Translations under genes and position numbers: made by a program
The notes under the pieces: model-generated
Databases searched by the model: none
The model's input: the letters and a program-made list of their open reading frames with translations, nothing else
What the model was told of the DNA's origin: nothing
Assembly: GCA_963764095.1 (NCBI GenBank)
Contig: CAVXRB010000026.1
Location: 74,302-138,301 of the forward strand
Source of the DNA: an uncultured Acidimicrobiaceae bacterium
Lineage (GTDB): Bacteria > Actinomycetota > Acidimicrobiia > Acidimicrobiales > RAAP-2
Direction of reading: 5' to 3'
Length of the DNA stretch: 64,000 nucleotides
Shown: piece after piece, positions 32,779 to 43,316 of the stretch
Position numbering within the stretch: position 1 is the stretch's first letter
Layout: the number at the start of each line of letters is the position of its first letter

Positions 32779-33483
32779 TTATCGATCGACGCCCGTCGGC
32801 GACGTACGCGCCACGACCGCTCGCGCGAGCGCGGGATCGTCAGTGATGATGCTCGCTACACCTATGGCAGCCATCCGTTCGATGTCGGCGGCCGCGTTGA
32901 CCGTCCAGACATTGACGTCGAGTCGGAGATCTCTCGCGCGCTCGACCACCTCTGCATCGACCAACGAGAAATATGGATTCACCGCGTTGAAACCGAGCAG
33001 GTGTGCCTGGACCAGGGCGTCGCCGAGCGCCACGTCCCACAGGAGCCACGCCACGGGTATCTCGCGATTCGCCGAGCGCACGTAGGCACAGGTCGCGAGG
33101 TCGAACGACGAGATGATGACTTTCTCGGACCAGCCGACGTCATCGATTACCGAAAGGACCTGGCGAGCAAGGTCGCCTGCCTCGTCGTAATCCTCGAGGG
33201 CCCCACGGCCATTCTTGATCTCCACGTTCACCACGACGCCCTCCAGCACTTCCAATGCCTCGGCGAGCGTCGGGACGTAGTCCGGCAGGGCCGAACGGTC
33301 GCTTCGAGCGATCGCTACCGATTCGATCCCCGGGTCGTGATGCACGACGAGAACGCCGTCTCGGGTGCGCCGGACGTCGAGTTCAACGCCTTCAATGCCG
33401 AGCGCGACCGCTGCTCGAAATGACGCGAGTGTGTTTTCGCGCTCGTCAACGTGCAGTCCCCGATGCGCAAAGACGTCAGTCAC
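32779..33483 (-). CDS. glycerophosphodiester phosphodiesterase
   Basis: AHRG; ENT; VELDV; HD; NVEIK; SSF; VWTVN; IITD. Confidence 0.92.
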   Translation of the reverse strand: MTDVFAHRGLHVDERENTLASFRAAVALGIEGVELDVRRTRDGVLVVHHDPGIESVAIARSDRSALPDYVPTLAEALEVLEGVVVNVEIKNGRGALEDYDEAGDLARQVLSVIDDVGWSEKVIISSFDLATCAYVRSANREIPVAWLLWDVALGDALVQAHLLGFNAVNPYFSLVDAEVVERARDLRLDVNVWTVNAAADIERMAAIGVASIITDDPALARAVVARTSPTGVDR

Positions 33484-33549
33484 GCGATGAGTTTGGCAGG
33501 TGCGAACCGAATTACATCGACGTCATCTCGTTTATTGACAAATCTGCCC

Positions 33550-33578
33550 TTGTTTTTCGGTTACAAATTCGTTAAAAT
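33550..33578 (+). promoter_or_regulatory. putative housekeeping-sigma promoter of whiB1
   Basis: TTGTTT-17 bp-TAAAAT in an AT-rich intergenic region; a further TTGACA at 33535-33540. Confidence 0.5.
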
Positions 33579-33647
33579 TGGCATCCCCACCACCGCCCAT
33601 TTCTCGCGAAATTGCAGTGGAATTACCCCCCACCTTAAGGATTTGAA

Positions 33648-33944
33648 ATGTCGTTGATTTGGAACCGTACGCACGCCTGGGATGACGCTGACTGGCGTTC
33701 GAACGCCGCATGCCGAGACACCGAACCGGAACTGTTCTTCCCTATTGGCACGACCGGAATGGCGACCGATCAGATCGAGTCGGCCAAGCGCGTCTGCCAC
33801 AACTGTGACGCTCAAAAAGCATGTCTCGAGTTCGCACTCGCGACGAACCAGGAGTCGGGCGTGTGGGGCGGCACGACCGAGGACGAGCGACGCAAGCTTC
33901 GTAAGCAGTGGTTGGCCGCGCGTCGTCGCGCGCAGTCGCTCTAG
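33648..33944 (+). CDS. whiB1: WhiB family Fe-S transcriptional regulator (WhiB1-like)
   Basis: WRSNAACRDTEPELFFPIG...C-x2-C-x5-C...GVWGGTTEDERR; convergent with pdtaS as in other actinobacteria. Confidence 0.9.
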   Translation: MSLIWNRTHAWDDADWRSNAACRDTEPELFFPIGTTGMATDQIESAKRVCHNCDAQKACLEFALATNQESGVWGGTTEDERRKLRKQWLAARRRAQSL

Positions 33945-35426
33945 GGCCGAGCGCTCAGCGGGACCGCTACGCGCACGTAGGTCCCACCGCCCTCGGCGTA
34001 GTTCACACTCTTCATCTCAATCGTGCCGAGAAGTTGCGCGCGGATGATGTCGCGCACGATCGACAGTCCGAGACTCTTCGGCACTTCCAACGAGAAGTCC
34101 TCTGCGAGCCCGCGGCCGTTGTCGCGTATCTCGGCCACGGCGTCGCCGTCTTCGATCGAGAGATTGAGCGTCACCACGCCGACCTGATCGTTGTCGACCC
34201 CGCCGAAGCCGATGAAGGCGTGTTCGACAGCGTTGGTGAGCAGTTCGGCGAGCGCCACGGCCAAGGGCGTCGCGAGATCAGTCGACAGCACGCCCAGGCT
34301 GCCGTTCACGACGATCTCGACCGGGTGCAATGCCAAGACGGTGTCTTCCACGAGCAGGACCAGTGAACGCACGATCTCGTCGAAGACGACCTCTTCTCCG
34401 GGTTCACGACTCAACACCTCGTGCACGACGGCGATCGAGCGCACGCGGCGCTCGGCTTCACCGAGGGCAATGCGCGTCTCGGGTTCGTCACTGCGGCGCG
34501 CCTGCAGTCGCAGGAGTGACGAGATGGTCTGCAGATTGTTCTTAACGCGGTGGTGGACCTCACGCACGGCCGCCTCTTTGTTCAAGACCAATCGATTCAG
34601 TTGACGAAGGTCCGAGACGTCGCGCAGCAGTGTCACGACGCCGGTGACGAGGTTGTGTTCGAGGAGTGGCACGCAGTGGAAGAGGATCGCGACGTCGTGA
34701 CCGCGGTCGATCTCTTCCATCGCCGGGATGGCGTACTCCAACGCCCGTTCGACGCTGCGCACGCGGAGGCCCAATTCCGGGAGCGTCTGACCTTCGGCCG
34801 GTGCGTAGATGCCCATGCGGTGCAGCGCGTTGGCGGCGTTCGGCGTCGCGAACTCGACACGGCCGTCACCATCGATGAGGATGATGCCGTCGCCCACACG
34901 CGGCAGGCCCGGGCCGGCAACACCCTCTTCACGAAACGGGAACGTCGCGTCCGACGACCATGACGCAGAGCCGCTCGAATATCGACAGATAGGCCTGCTC
35001 GTACAGCGAGGCCGGTCCGCGGAGCGGCCCCTGGAGGCGCACCATCACCGCGACGACGCGTCCGTCGAAGCGCACGGGCACGCACCACACCGGGACGACC
35101 TCGTCGATGGCCTCGACGTTGACCTCGCCGATGATCCGGGTGCCGCTCTCGAAAGCGAGGTGCACGAGGGGCCACGAGGTGGCGTCGTGCGTCGTGCCGA
35201 CGAGGTCGTCGTTGATCATCGTCGAGCGGTTGTTGGGCCGCATCTGACCCATTACGACGAATCCCGAGTCGTTGTTGACCGTTCCTTCTACCCGCGCCAT
35301 GAGCAACATGTCGGAGAACGACAGGTCCGCCAGGAGCGACCACGACGCGGTCAGTCGCAAGAGGTGGTCGATGACCGGTTCGTTGAGCGCCGTGCGAAGG
35401 GCGGCCAGTTCGGCGAGCGTCGCCAC
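33941..35426 (-). CDS. pdtaS: cytoplasmic sensor histidine kinase PdtaS-like (frameshift near 34930)
   Basis: N-terminal WSLLADLSFSD; PAS region; REVHHRVKNNLQTISSLLRLQ; ELLTNAVEHA; DNGRG; SLGL. Confidence 0.88.
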
Positions 35427-36301
35427 TAACTGGCTCGCAGCGGAATCATCTGACGCTGGCGGTTGGTGTAGGACGCGACCTCGTGGACACCGCGCGCCTC
35501 GAGGAGATCGGCCAACTCTGCGGCGCGCGAGCCGACGCGCTCGAGTGAGTGCGCGTCACTGGCCGTCGTGAAGGTGAGTCCGCGCGCGACCAGCCGGTCG
35601 AGGAATCCCTCGGCCGGATACTGTTCGGCGATCGGCTTGGTCCAGCCGGCCGACGAACACTCCATCGAGAGATCGGACTTCGCCGCCGACTCGGCCATGA
35701 GGTCCCAGTAGTCGCCGGGGTCCGACGCGAGATAGCCCGCGACTTTGATGAGGTCAGGATGTGCGAGCACGTCGACGGCATTGGACGCCGCGAGCTCTTC
35801 GATGGCGCGCGCGTAGTCGGCCCAGCATTGATCGACGTCGCGCACGGTCCACTCGTGGGCATGCGTGGGGACGTCGTAGTCGTCGAACTGCCACGTCCCG
35901 AGCCAGTGGACCGAACCGATCAGAACGTCGAAGGGGTACTGCGCGAGGAGCGGTGCGATGACGTCCATCTGGTCGGCGTAGTAGTCGACTTCGAGTCCGA
36001 TCTTGACCGGCAGTCCCTCGTCCTTCGCGCGTTGCGCGAGCGTCACGTACTCCTCGAGCGAGTTGCGTGCGTGGAAGTCCAGATACTCGGCCAGCACCGG
36101 ACTAGTCGGTTCGTGGCCGTAGCGCAGCCAGAAGGGACCGACGGCTGACAGCACGTCGCGAAATCGGCTCGTGTGCTCGGTGAGGGCCAGCTCGGTGACG
36201 CCATTTCGAGCGGCCTCGTCGCAGTAGTCGGCGATCTGGTCGAGCTTGAACCAGACGGAGGACTCCGAGTGGGGCCAGAGGTGCAGGTGGTAGTCGATCA
36301 C
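35426..36301 (-). CDS. PHP-domain phosphatase (histidinol-phosphatase HisJ-like)
   Basis: DYHLH; LTEH; GLEVDY; IGSVH; AHPD; SDAH. Confidence 0.82.
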   Translation of the reverse strand: MIDYHLHLWPHSESSVWFKLDQIADYCDEAARNGVTELALTEHTSRFRDVLSAVGPFWLRYGHEPTSPVLAEYLDFHARNSLEEYVTLAQRAKDEGLPVKIGLEVDYYADQMDVIAPLLAQYPFDVLIGSVHWLGTWQFDDYDVPTHAHEWTVRDVDQCWADYARAIEELAASNAVDVLAHPDLIKVAGYLASDPGDYWDLMAESAAKSDLSMECSSAGWTKPIAEQYPAEGFLDRLVARGLTFTTASDAHSLERVGSRAAELADLLEARGVHEVASYTNRQRQMIPLRAS

Positions 36302-36320
36302 CGCACGACGCCCGTCAATC

Positions 36321-36554
36321 TCAAGCCGAGCCGAAACCGACGATGCGCTCGCTCGACGGAGAACCCAACTCGACGTAGGCGATTCGCGCGGCCGGGATGC
36401 CGACTCGGCGACCTTTGCGATCGGTGAGCCAGAGCACCGTGTCTTCGCTGAGCGAAGTCTCGATCTCCTTCATCACCTTCTCGCGCTTGGCGTCCTCGGG
36501 GAGAACGACCTCGATCTCCTTCATGGACTGCACGATGCCGATACGAACTTCCAT
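36321..36554 (-). CDS. DUF3107 family protein
   Basis: MEVRIGIVQSMKEI...LTDRKGRRVGIPAARIAYVELG...VGF. Confidence 0.88.
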   Translation of the reverse strand: MEVRIGIVQSMKEIEVVLPEDAKREKVMKEIETSLSEDTVLWLTDRKGRRVGIPAARIAYVELGSPSSERIVGFGSA

Positions 36555-36607
36555 CACTGCTCCTCTGCCACATTGCGACTCATCACATGCTAGAAGGAAG
36601 AGGCACA

Positions 36608-37777
36608 ATGGAAAACCTGAGCGACCCACCAATCTCTGAGCGCAGTCGACGCTGGGCCGCCACGATGGAGGGCTACGAAGGCTCGGCCGACGACGTCACC
36701 GTCGCGCACCGCGACTCCTCGGCCGCGATCGACGTCACGGACGGCGCGTCACGCGTTCCGGGCACTCTCGCCGAACGAGAAGAGCAGATCGATTCCCTGC
36801 TCGCCGTAGGTGCGACCCGCGGCTACGGGGCGGGCAACCGGGCGCGCGAAGAAGAGCCCGACGAGTTCCGGACCTGTTTCGAGCGCGACCGCGACCGCGT
36901 CCTTCACTCGAGTGCCTTTCGCCGACTGGCCGGCAAGACCCAGGTCTTCGTGTTTCCCGACGACCACATGCGCACGCGCCTCACCCACGCCCTCGAGGTC
37001 GCTCAGGTCGCCACCGGCGTCGCGCGCGCCCTCGGGCTCAACGTGGCCCTCACCGAGGCCATCGCGCTGGGACACGACTGCGGTCACGGACCGGGCGGTC
37101 ACGCCAGCGAAGAGGCACTCGATCCCTTCGTCGACGGAGGCTTCGATCACGCGGTCTGGGGCGCCGACGTCTCGCTCGTGAGTTTGAACCTCTGTCTCGA
37201 GACGCTCGACGGCATACGCAACCACTCGTGGTCGCGACCGGCTCCGTCGACTCCCGAAGGTGAAGTGGTGAGTTGGGCCGACCGCATCGCCTACAGCTGT
37301 CACGACTTCGAAGACGCGGTCTCGGCCGGCATCGTCTCGGCCGATGAGTTGCCGGCGATCGTGCGCGAGCGGTGCGGCGTGCGCCGAAGCCAGCAACTGG
37401 GGACCTTCATCAACGCGATGATCCGCACGACGCGCGCGACCGGGGTTATCGGCATGGACGCGCGTCACTCCGAAGCGCTCGCCGCCTTTCGGACGTTCAA
37501 CTACGAGTCGATCTACCTGCGCAGCGCCTCCCGCCAGCAGGCGTCGTCGGTCGTCGCGATGCTGCGTGCACTCGTCGAGTACTTCGCGCTCCATCCCACG
37601 CTCATCCCCGACGTCGCCGACGGCGATGAAGCGCTCGACAGTCCCGCCCTCGCGATGCGATTGAGCGTCGCCTACGTCGCGGGCATGACGGACCGGTATC
37701 GCGTGCCGGTGCGCGATCACGCTGCTCGACTGGCCGATCGACCAACTGCCGAGCGGTATCGACCGCTAATGGATTGA
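36608..37777 (+). CDS. dgt: deoxyguanosinetriphosphate triphosphohydrolase (HD domain)
   Basis: RTCFERDRDRVLHSSAFRRLAGKTQVF; RTRLTHALEV; GHDCGHGPGGH; ADRIAY; YVAGMTD. Confidence 0.9.
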   Translation: MENLSDPPISERSRRWAATMEGYEGSADDVTVAHRDSSAAIDVTDGASRVPGTLAEREEQIDSLLAVGATRGYGAGNRAREEEPDEFRTCFERDRDRVLHSSAFRRLAGKTQVFVFPDDHMRTRLTHALEVAQVATGVARALGLNVALTEAIALGHDCGHGPGGHASEEALDPFVDGGFDHAVWGADVSLVSLNLCLETLDGIRNHSWSRPAPSTPEGEVVSWADRIAYSCHDFEDAVSAGIVSADELPAIVRERCGVRRSQQLGTFINAMIRTTRATGVIGMDARHSEALAAFRTFNYESIYLRSASRQQASSVVAMLRALVEYFALHPTLIPDVADGDEALDSPALAMRLSVAYVAGMTDRYRVPVRDHAARLADRPTAERYRPLMD

Positions 37778-38611
37778 CGTTGACGAGACCGGCCATCGGC
37801 GACGGTCCGCCGCGCATCCACTCCAGTCGCAGTTCGGTGATGCGAAGCGCGGAGTGTTCGTGCGTGAGGATCCAGAACTTCTCGTTCACGACCGCATCCT
37901 CGACCGCCTTGGCGACGTCGGCCGCGTCGATGCCCGCGTTCACCAACGCCGCCGCGATCTTCTTGATCTCCTGGCGCCTCGGGGTTCTCGGCGTAGCTCG
38001 CGAGTTCCTTGGGCATGTTGCGTTCGGACTCGAAGATTCGCGTGCGCACGAAGTTGGGACAGAGCACCGAGACGTGGACGTTCTTTCCGGTATTGGCCAG
38101 TTCGTGAAAGAGCGACTCTGAGATGCCGACGACGGCGAACTTGCTCGCGTTGTACGGTCCCATGCCCGCGACGCCGACGAGCCCGGCTTCCGAGGCGGTG
38201 TTGACGACGTGGCCCTCGTTCTGCTCGAGGAAGAGCGGGATGAAGGCGTTCATGCCGTTCACGACGCCGTCGAGGTTGACGCTCATCACCCAGTCCCAGA
38301 TCTTCTTTGGCGTGCCAATGGTCGAGCCACCAGCGACGCCGGCATTATTGAAGATGACGTGGACGGCACCGAACTCCTTCAGGGCGGCGTCGCGTAGCGC
38401 TTCGACGTCGGACTCCTTTGCGACGTCACAGTGCACACCGATAACCGTAGCGCCATGCGATCGCAACTCATTGACCTGGGTCTCGAGCGGGGCCGTCTTC
38501 GATGTCGCCGAGTACGAGGTTCGCGCCAGCCTTCGAGAACTGGATGGCGGTGGCGAGACCTATGCCACTGGCACCTCCGGTGATTACGGCTGTCTTGCCC
38601 TTCAACTCCAT
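37766..38611 (-). CDS. SDR family oxidoreductase (frameshifts)
   Basis: MELKGKTAVITGGASGIG; NNAG; YNASK; CPNFVRT; 3' end approximate. Confidence 0.88.
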
Positions 38612-38720
38612 GATTCGTCCTTATCGTCGTCGTATCGGAACGACGATAGACCTTTGATTTCCTCCGGGCTTGAATGTCGTACTACTGGCCGAAGTGAATC
38701 AGTGCAGGCCCATCCAGGCG

Positions 38721-39683
38721 CTACCCGAATCCTCCGAAAAGACCTCGGGCCTGGAGGGCAGCCCAAAACTCCGGTTCGTAAACGCTTTCGGGATCGTCGC
38801 GCACCAACTGATCGACGATGACCGCGTCTTCACCGACGAGGATCCGCCACTTGTTCTGACGTACGCCCTCGAGGATTATCTGCGCCGCCGAAGCGGCGGT
38901 GAGCGGCGCGAGGTCGCGAAAGGCCTCGCCGAACATCGCGACGCCCTTGCGCAGATCCTCATCGGACACTTCGTCGACCGGTGTGCCGTCGGCCGCGAGT
39001 TGACGTCGTACGCGCACGAGGTCCTCGGCCTCGAGCGTCTCGGGCTCCTTGCCGTGCACGATTCCCGAGTTGATCACGATGGACGTGCCGACGTGTCCTG
39101 GCATGACCACCGAGACACGCACGTGTGACGCGTGCATCCGCAAGTCGGCGATGAGGGCCTCGCTGAAGCCGCGCACGGCGAACTTCGCCGCGCTGTACGA
39201 GGTGTGCGGGCGATTGGGACCAACGGAGGCGAAGATGCCGTTGATGCTGCTCGTGTTGACGATGTGACCTTCGTCGGCCGCCATCAGCATGGCAGGAAGT
39301 CCCGTCCCGAGATAGACGCCGCCCCAGTCGATGGCGAACGTCCGCTCCCACGCCGCGCGGTCATCATCGACGAAACTGCCGCCGCCGCGACGCCCGCGTT
39401 GTTGAACAACAGGTTGATCGTCGACGTCGAGTGCTCTTTCGATGACCGCGTCGCGAAAGGCCATCAACTGCGCCTCGTCGGCGACGTCGGCCACGAACGT
39501 CGTCACCCGGGTGCCGGCCGGCGCCGTCTCGAGGGCGAGTGACTTCGTCTCCGCCAAGCGCTCGGCCGAGACGTCACACGTCGCCACGTGGCAGCCCTCT
39601 TGGCCAGTTGTCGCACCAGCTCGCGCCCCATTCCCGTGCCGCCGCCCGTGACGACGGCGATGCGTCCCTCGAAGTATCTCCAT
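38721..39683 (-). CDS. SDR family oxidoreductase (frameshifts)
   Basis: Gly-rich N-terminus split across frames; HIVNTSS; YSAAKFAVRGFSE; VMPGHVGT. Confidence 0.88.
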   Translation of the reverse strand: MEILRGTHRRRHGRRHGNGARAGATTGQEGCHVATCDVSAERLAETKSLALETAPAGTRVTTFVADVADEAQLMAFRDAVIERALDVDDQPVVQQRGRRGGGSFVDDDRAAWERTFAIDWGGVYLGTGLPAMLMAADEGHIVNTSSINGIFASVGPNRPHTSYSAAKFAVRGFSEALIADLRMHASHVRVSVVMPGHVGTSIVINSGIVHGKEPETLEAEDLVRVRRQLAADGTPVDEVSDEDLRKGVAMFGEAFRDLAPLTAASAAQIILEGVRQNKWRILVGEDAVIVDQLVRDDPESVYEPEFWAALQARGLFGGFG

Positions 39684-39808
39684 AGTCCCCCTCTTTTTTC
39701 GCAATCCTAGAAGTCCGTTGAACGCAGCGGCGGGCCATCAATGCACTCACCGCATGACGTTGTCGTCGAGTGAAGGCGATGTCTCCTCGCACACGTTGTC
39801 GGCTAAAC

Positions 39809-39819
39809 TGTCTATACCA
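39809..39819. promoter_or_regulatory. putative GntR (HutC subfamily) operator
   Basis: TGTCTATACCA matches the HutC-type GTMTAKAC consensus; lies between the divergent SDR pair and gntR. Confidence 0.55.
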
Positions 39820-39877
39820 AAAACAGTTGGCGAGGCAGGCGAATCGCGCCCGTTACTGTGCTTGGAGAGGAGTAACC

Positions 39878-40642
39878 GTGACACCAAACTCCAAATGGCC
39901 CCCGAAGATTTCGCGTTCCAAAGGGATGCTGCACACGCAGATCGCCAACGCGGTGGCCTCTTCGATCACGCTCGGGCACTTTCGGTCCGGAGATCGACTT
40001 CCCCCGGAACGAGAACTCGCGAAGAAGTTCGGGGTGAATCGACTCACCGTACGCCAGGCACTCGCCGAACTCCAAATTCGTAAGCTCATACTGCGACGCA
40101 CCGGTCGAAACGGCGGTACCTTCATCGCCGAACCGGTCATCGAGTATGACCTCACGACCTTCGCCGGATTCTCAGAGCAGGCCCGCCGACTCGGCCACGT
40201 CGCCAGCGCACGGGTGCTGCGCACCGAGCGTGTCGCCGCAGACGCCGCGACGGCAGAGGCACTGCAGCTCTCCGAAGGCGACGAAGTCTTTGAGATCGAC
40301 CGCCTGCGTTTCGCGGACGACCTTCCCGTGTTGCTCGAACACTCGAGCTTCCCAGCCGAACGCCTTCCCGGATTGCTAAGCGAGCCGCTTCACGGTTCGA
40401 TCCACGAACTCCTCGAGCGACGCTACGACGCGCGACCGGTTCGGGCCGTCGAACGAATCTCACCGGTTGCCGCCAACGCTCGCACCGCGCGACTGCTCGA
40501 CGTCACGCGAGGAACACCCCTGCTACGCGTCGAACGCGAAGCGTTCGACGTGAATGGCGTGCCGGTCGAGAGCGCGTGCGATATTTTGCGCGCGGATCGC
40601 AGCCGCATGTTGGTGTGGTCCTTCGAACTACCCCCAAAGTAA
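39878..40642 (+). CDS. GntR family regulator with UTRA domain (HutC subfamily)
   Basis: RLPPERELAKKFGVNRLTVRQAL...GTFI; C-terminal UTRA domain. Confidence 0.92.
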   Translation: MTPNSKWPPKISRSKGMLHTQIANAVASSITLGHFRSGDRLPPERELAKKFGVNRLTVRQALAELQIRKLILRRTGRNGGTFIAEPVIEYDLTTFAGFSEQARRLGHVASARVLRTERVAADAATAEALQLSEGDEVFEIDRLRFADDLPVLLEHSSFPAERLPGLLSEPLHGSIHELLERRYDARPVRAVERISPVAANARTARLLDVTRGTPLLRVEREAFDVNGVPVESACDILRADRSRMLVWSFELPPK

Positions 40643-40686
40643 GTACCGCCAGCGCGTGCCGTCACGGACCGGTGTCATGACAGGAA

Positions 40687-41799
40687 CTACGAGAGCTTGA
40701 GCTCTTGTCGATAGACACGCGCCGGTCCCTGGCTGACGATCGTCGCCGCGAGCGCTTTGAAAGCGAGCGCCACTTCGCTCTGCGGATCGTGCACGACGAT
40801 CGGTTCGCCCACGTCACCGCCCTCGCGAAGTTTGGTGTCGAGCGGAATCTGCCCCAACAACGCGATGCCGAGTTCCTGAGCGAGACGCGCCCCACCGCCG
40901 GCGCCGAAGATCTCGTAGCGCTTCGCGTCGTCGCCGGTGAACCAACTCATGTTCTCGATGACGCCGCGCACACTGAGCTTCAACTTGCGCGCCGCGTAGG
41001 CCGAACGTTGCGCGACGCGTTGCGCGGCGGCCTGCGGCGTCGTCACCACGTACATCTCGATTCGCGGAAGTACTTCAGAGAGCGTCAACGCCACGTCACC
41101 GGTGCCGGGCGGCATGTCGATCAACAAGAAGTCCGGTTCGTCCCACCACGCTTCCGAGACGAGCTGTTGGATGGCCTTGTGCAGCATCGGTCCGCGCCAG
41201 ATGACCGGCTGCTCGTCTGGCACGAAATAGCCCATCGACACGCAGCGAACGCCGTGCGCCAGCGTCGGGATGACCGTGTCGCCGAGCACGATCGGGTCGT
41301 TCACGGCGCCGAGCATCTTGGGCAGGGAGAATCCGTAGACGTCGGCATCCAGTACGCCAACGTCGTGTCCGCTCTGGGCGAGGGCGATCGCCAGGTTGAC
41401 CGTCACCGAGGACTTCCCCACGCCGCCCTTGCCCGAAGAGATCCCGAGGATCCTGGTCTTCGAGAGCTTGTCGAGGAACTTGGGTGGCGCGTCGCCGTGA
41501 GCGTGTTCGCCCGGTCCGGGGTCGCCGGCCATCGCGCCACGCAAGAAGTTGCGCAGTCCCAGAAGTTCTTCTTCGTTCATGGGACGAACGACCACCGTGG
41601 CGTCGGGAACGATCGCCTTGACCGACGCCTCGAGCAGGGTCAGATTCGGCCACGAGGACACCGGCAGCACCAGTTCGACCCGGGTCGAATCGCCGCTCTG
41701 CGTCACGTCACCGAGAAAACCGAGTTCGCCCAACGTGCGAACGAGTTGCGGCTCAACGATGTCGCGGAGTGCAGGGTCGTGGGAGCTGTTCGAGGTCAC
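40687..41799 (-). CDS. mrp: Mrp/NBP35 (ApbC) Fe-S cluster carrier ATPase
   Basis: SGKGGVGKS; DADVYG; WRGPML; DMPPGTGD; VTTPQ; ENMS. Confidence 0.93.
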   Translation of the reverse strand: MTSNSSHDPALRDIVEPQLVRTLGELGFLGDVTQSGDSTRVELVLPVSSWPNLTLLEASVKAIVPDATVVVRPMNEEELLGLRNFLRGAMAGDPGPGEHAHGDAPPKFLDKLSKTRILGISSGKGGVGKSSVTVNLAIALAQSGHDVGVLDADVYGFSLPKMLGAVNDPIVLGDTVIPTLAHGVRCVSMGYFVPDEQPVIWRGPMLHKAIQQLVSEAWWDEPDFLLIDMPPGTGDVALTLSEVLPRIEMYVVTTPQAAAQRVAQRSAYAARKLKLSVRGVIENMSWFTGDDAKRYEIFGAGGGARLAQELGIALLGQIPLDTKLREGGDVGEPIVVHDPQSEVALAFKALAATIVSQGPARVYRQELKLS

Positions 41800-41867
41800 T
41801 GATTTCCTTTAGGAGGGCTCATAGAGCGTACCGGCGCGAAAGACCAAGGCGGTCCTAGACTTTCTAC

Positions 41868-42581
41868 GTGTCAACTTCGATCAACGAGAACGACCTCGAT
41901 CCGGCGCTCTTCACGGCCAACGTCACGAGTTTGGCGCACTCCTTTGGCGATAACACGCGCCGGAAGATCTACCTCTACCTCCGCGAAAACCCGGGGGCCA
42001 CGGCGACCGAGCTCTCGCGACACTGCCAGGTGCACGCCAACGTCGTGCGCCACCACCTCGAGCGACTCACCGAGTCGGGCTACGTCACCTTCGACAACGT
42101 TCACAAGACCACGGTCGGTCGTCCGGCCAAGGGCTATCGCGTCGTCGACGCCGGGCTCGTCATGGACGGATCCATGCGCCGCGACGCGTTGCTGGTGGCA
42201 CTACTCGAGATGGCCCTGGAGCGACTCGGTCCGGAAGCGGCCGAATCGATGTCCCACGACGTCGGGGTTGAATACGGTCGAACCCTGGCCGGTGCCGTCG
42301 GTGCGGGTGACTCGAGTCCGAGCCTCAAGGCCGCGATGGAGTCGATCGCCGGGATCTTGACGGCCCACGGCTTCGCCGCGCGGGCCGAAGAACACGACCT
42401 CGAACAGTCCGTCGTCTCGGACAACTGTCCCTTCGGTACCGCCGCCCAACACCACCCGGTGCTGTGCGCGGTCGACCGCGGACTCATCTCGGGCATGCTC
42501 GACGGACTCGGTGCCGAACGTCGCAACGTGACGTTGACGTCACGCGCGCGCGGCGACGACGCCTGTCGCGTGACGGCCTAA
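41868..42581 (+). CDS. ArsR/SufR-like HTH transcriptional regulator with C-terminal Cys motif
   Basis: TRRKIY...VHANVVRHHLERL...GRP; C-terminal NCPF-x9-C...C. Confidence 0.8.
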   Translation: MSTSINENDLDPALFTANVTSLAHSFGDNTRRKIYLYLRENPGATATELSRHCQVHANVVRHHLERLTESGYVTFDNVHKTTVGRPAKGYRVVDAGLVMDGSMRRDALLVALLEMALERLGPEAAESMSHDVGVEYGRTLAGAVGAGDSSPSLKAAMESIAGILTAHGFAARAEEHDLEQSVVSDNCPFGTAAQHHPVLCAVDRGLISGMLDGLGAERRNVTLTSRARGDDACRVTA

Positions 42582-42603
42582 CGCGACCGCTTCATCGCGA
42601 GAG

Positions 42604-43239
42604 CTAACAGGTCGAGCGCGGCGTGATGGTGAGCGAGTCAATCGGCACGTTCACCGTATGGTGAAAGCCCTTGAAGGAGTATTCGACGGGCAGCGACGTG
42701 TAGGTCGTCGCACCGCTCGCCGCTGAGGTCGGCACGCACTCTTGGTCCCAGTGGACGACCAGTTGGAGTTGGCCCTCACTCGCGAGCGACGTGGGCTGGA
42801 ACACCGAACCGCCCTTGAATCCGAGCGAGCTGGTGGAACCTGGTTTCGTGTCGAAGTAGACGTGGACGTCCGAGGTACCCGATGGATTCGGCGGCGCCGA
42901 TACCTTGTCGATCGTGACGCCGAAGCGCTGGTCATTGTTGATCGAGACGATCACCTCGACGCGGAACGACCCACTCGGCTCGGTCCAGATGATGCCGCTC
43001 GTGCCGTGGGGGTGATTGGTCGCGAGCGATCCGTTCGACGACAAGATCTGTGAGCCATACTCGCCGTTGAGCGACTGGGAGATCGGCTGATAGTGACTCG
43101 CCGCGACGTACAGCGCGGCGCCGACAGCGACCACGACCACCACGAGCGAGACCAACACGATGATCCAGCGACGACGCTTGGGTAACTCCTCGGGTTCGTC
43201 GCGCTTCCAATCGTCGTTCTGCACGAAGGGGTGATCCAT
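42604..43239 (-). CDS. hypothetical membrane-anchored protein
   Basis: KRRRW followed by a single TM helix and a Ser/Thr/Gly-rich beta-type extracellular domain with two Cys. Confidence 0.65.
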   Translation of the reverse strand: MDHPFVQNDDWKRDEPEELPKRRRWIIVLVSLVVVVVAVGAALYVAASHYQPISQSLNGEYGSQILSSNGSLATNHPHGTSGIIWTEPSGSFRVEVIVSINNDQRFGVTIDKVSAPPNPSGTSDVHVYFDTKPGSTSSLGFKGGSVFQPTSLASEGQLQLVVHWDQECVPTSAASGATTYTSLPVEYSFKGFHHTVNVPIDSLTITPRSTC

Positions 43240-43316
43240 CGAGTGTTCGTCCACGGCCCTCCGCCCGAATGTGTTCTGAGAATCGTAGCGATGATTGGCC
43301 GCGGGTGACTTTCGAC

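Noticed and set aside
36749-41802. Long antisense ORFs (e.g. 36749-37720, 40705-41802)
   Set aside because: Typical high-GC shadow ORFs opposite well-supported genes, with no motifs
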